This document shows positions 55,737 to 57,731 of a stretch of 57,731 nt of DNA, piece by piece. The stretch is from the NCBI GenBank assembly GCA_019241535.1, contig JAFAWX010000145.1, positions 1-57,731 on the forward strand, given 5' to 3'. The notes beneath the pieces were generated by a model. It had not been told where the DNA came from. It made no database searches and was given only the letters and a program-made list of their open reading frames with translations. This DNA comes from Acidobacteriota bacterium (GTDB lineage: Bacteria > Acidobacteriota > Terriglobia > Terriglobales > Acidobacteriaceae). A program made the translations under genes and the position numbers. The stretch's first letter is position 1. Each line of letters starts with the position of its first letter.

Positions 55737-55986
55737 GCTGGTCACCTCCAAGTCGGTCAAGTTCCGATCGCGAATCCGGATGCGATTGAAGCACTTCCCT
55801 GGCCGACGGAAGATTACTACCCACGGCGCTAGCGGGCCTGTCGCGATTTTAGACTTTATTTCCCTATTGCGATCGGCGATCTGAAACGAGTCTCTGCTCT
55901 TCCGGTACGCCGCCAGATGTTGCTAAGGACTACAGAACAGAGTAGATTTCAGGCGTTCACCAACGGTGGGCTTCCGGGGGGCCGAT

Positions 55987-57731
55987 ATGGGTGCTCTTTC
56001 TGTGCACAGACTGCTCACGCTTGTGCTGATCCTGAATATGGCCGCTCCTTCCACTCTCAGCGCCCAATCATCAGATGTCCCTCCGCTCACCCTTCGGACC
56101 AGCAGCCGCCTGGTAATGGTTGACGTTATCGTGACGGACAAGAAGGGCCAGCCGGTCACAGGATTGAAAGCCGATGACTTCACGGTCGAGGAGAACGGAA
56201 AGAAGCAAAAAATCAGCATGTTCGTTCCGCCTCTATCTCAAAGGCGGGCCCCGACCTCAGCGCCACCCGGCATTCTCTCGAATCATCCCGAGAACGTCGG
56301 TCCGGCGGGTGTTCCCATCGTTCTCGTGCTTGACGCGACGAACTCCCCTTTCAAGGAGCAGGCCTACGGACGGGCGCAGATGCTGAAATATGTGGCAGAA
56401 CAGAGTCAAGCGGGGCGTCCCATGGCCGTGCTGGCATTGACCGATCGCCTGCATGTCCTGCAGCAGTTCTCTAGCGATCCCCAGGTTCTCGCTACCGCAA
56501 TCAAGAATTTCCGGCCGCAAGAGCCTATTCTGCAGGCGAATCTGGCATCGGCGCCGTCGGCAGTGCCCCCGGAAATGGCCGGAGTGGGCCGAGGAGGGTT
56601 GGCGCAAGTCTCGGCGCTACGCGCGGAACAGGCTGCTCTAGCAGACTTCACCGGAGCGCAGGTTGCTTACAATCTCGAACGCCGCACTCTTGTCACCGTC
56701 GCTGCCATGCAGTCTTTATCACGCATGCTCGGAGGCCTCCAAGGCCGCAAGAATGTCGTCTGGTTAACGGCAGAGTTGCCATTCGATCTCATTCCCGAGA
56801 ATCGCAATGTGAGTGATAGCCAGCTACTCGCCGATCTGCCCGTTTCTCAAAGTAAGTCGCTGCAGACGCGCTCTTCCGGTGCCCTCGCGGCGGAGGAGCG
56901 GTCCCTGCATGGCAACGAGATCCGAGCGGCTGAGGCCCAACTCGCCAATGCCAACGTTGCCATCTATCCGGTTGACCTCCATGGACTCGTCAGTGGCATA
57001 GAGGCAGGTTATTCAGGCGCACATGATAATAGCGATATCTATGGACAAGGATTGGCCAATCAGGCCATCTCCCAAGGGGAAACCCTCCGCATAACCCAGG
57101 GCACGATGGAGGAGGTTGCGGCAGAAACCGGCGGCAAAGCTTACATCAACCAAAACGAGATCAGGAATGGCATCGCTCTTGCCGCCGCCGACGATAAAGC
57201 TTCATACGAGATAGGATATTATCCGGAAAACAAGAAATGGGATGGCAAGTATCGCAGCATCAAAATGAAGATTGCCCAAGGCGACATCCAGATCCGTTAC
57301 CGCAAGGGATACTTCGCGGCTGATACAGGCCAAACTAAGAATCAGAATTTCGAGCCCGATGTGGCTAACGCTCTCCAAGTGAATGCGCCTTTCACTCAGA
57401 TTTATTTCATGGCACAAGCCAAGCCGGCTGATGCTGGCAAAGTTCGTGTGCTGTTTCTTGTTGATGCGCACACCCTCTCGGCGGAGGACTCCGGCGGCAA
57501 CAAAAAGATAAATGTCAGTTTCTACGCCACGGTTTTCGGAGAGAATGGCAAAGGGCTGGCAAGCCGCAGCACGAAAGTAGACCGCTCCTTCGATGCGGCG
57601 ACTTATCAGCAGATTCTGGAGAAGGGAATGATGGTTCCGATTGATCTGGAGGCGCCCCCGGGGAGCAATGAACTTCGCCTGGCCGTGCTCGACAATAAGA
57701 CCGGATTCATCGGGACAGTCAGCGGACCTCT
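55987..57731 (+). CDS. VWA-domain protein of the Acidobacteria-specific TIGR03436 type, 3' end beyond the window
   Basis: Open frame from the ATG at 55987 to the window end; absent from the track because it has no stop. Signal peptide LLTLVLILNMAAPSTLSAQ; SSRLVMVDVIVTDKKGQPVTGLKADDFTVEENGKKQKI; NVVWLTAELPF; AIYPVDLHGL; ...LAVLDNKTGFIGTVSGP. Confidence 0.8.
   Translation, partial: MGALSVHRLLTLVLILNMAAPSTLSAQSSDVPPLTLRTSSRLVMVDVIVTDKKGQPVTGLKADDFTVEENGKKQKISMFVPPLSQRRAPTSAPPGILSNHPENVGPAGVPIVLVLDATNSPFKEQAYGRAQMLKYVAEQSQAGRPMAVLALTDRLHVLQQFSSDPQVLATAIKNFRPQEPILQANLASAPSAVPPEMAGVGRGGLAQVSALRAEQAALADFTGAQVAYNLERRTLVTVAAMQSLSRMLGGLQGRKNVVWLTAELPFDLIPENRNVSDSQLLADLPVSQSKSLQTRSSGALAAEERSLHGNEIRAAEAQLANANVAIYPVDLHGLVSGIEAGYSGAHDNSDIYGQGLANQAISQGETLRITQGTMEEVAAETGGKAYINQNEIRNGIALAAADDKASYEIGYYPENKKWDGKYRSIKMKIAQGDIQIRYRKGYFAADTGQTKNQNFEPDVANALQVNAPFTQIYFMAQAKPADAGKVRVLFLVDAHTLSAEDSGGNKKINVSFYATVFGENGKGLASRSTKVDRSFDAATYQQILEKGMMVPIDLEAPPGSNELRLAVLDNKTGFIGTVSGP

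Noticed and set aside
8343-57731. The idea that the VWA protein at the window end is the sortase target, as in the marine proteobacterial sortase/vWFA pairs.
   Set aside because: It lies ~47 kb away on the other strand, its C-terminus is outside the window, and the visible end matches the normal family terminus without an LPxT motif. The adjacent 109-aa LPQTST protein is the far better candidate.
1-57731. Scan for tRNA, rRNA, tmRNA, CRISPR arrays, IS elements, integrases, prophage genes and long direct or inverted repeats.
   Set aside because: None was recognised by eye. There were no T-loop GGTTCGAATCC-type motifs, no regularly spaced repeats, and no transposase, integrase or phage-like proteins among the ORFs. 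A tool-based scan (tRNAscan-SE, Infernal, CRISPR detection, ISfinder) would be needed for certainty.

Overview
This is a 57.7-kb high-GC bacterial chromosomal segment, densely coding on both strands. The gene content points to Acidobacteriota (Terriglobia-like): a TIGR03436-type VWA protein, many TPR, secreted and lipoprotein genes, futalosine-route menaquinone genes, and glycosyltransferase-rich envelope loci. I call 49 protein-coding genes (the first and last are cut by the window edges), 2 intrinsic terminators and 2 weak regulatory candidates. I see no rRNA, tRNA, CRISPR array, transposase or integrase, and no long DNA repeat.

Gene order:
- BON protein
- UbiA-type prenyltransferase, esterase, MqnE-like radical SAM enzyme
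- phosphoesterase
- HPF-domain::sigma-factor fusion plus an eRF1-like (baeRF) gene
- asparaginase-family Ntn hydrolase
- minus-strand run: GT4, amylo-1,6-glucosidase, small LPQTST protein, sortase
- nucleotidyltransferase, degenerate NDP-sugar pyrophosphorylase, STAS, dTMP-kinase-like
- operon of a GT-C membrane protein, three unknown exported proteins and a GtrB-like GT2
- giant TPR::beta-barrel protein plus GT4
- glycan-degrading island: two GH99-like paralogues, a PLC-like phosphoesterase, an Ig/lectin-like protein, and a 1.3-kb ORF-free spacer
- flippase with a ParB/Srx-like tail
- ECF sigma factor
- 0.86-kb structured spacer
- DUF892, NarL regulator, UdgX-like glycosylase, SDR-SRPBCC-ADH operon, IscA, basic repeat protein, DUF4331 plus TPR, several small DUF genes, VWA protein

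The most system-like novelty is the translationally linked HPF::sigma fusion plus eRF1-like pair at 4819-7050. Runners-up are:
- a dedicated sortase with a miniature LPQTST substrate
- the GT2/GT-C periplasmic glycosylation operon with three unknown partners
- the flippase::ParB-like fusion
- a UdgX-type (KRRIH) glycosylase

All family assignments come from motif recognition by eye, not from database searches.
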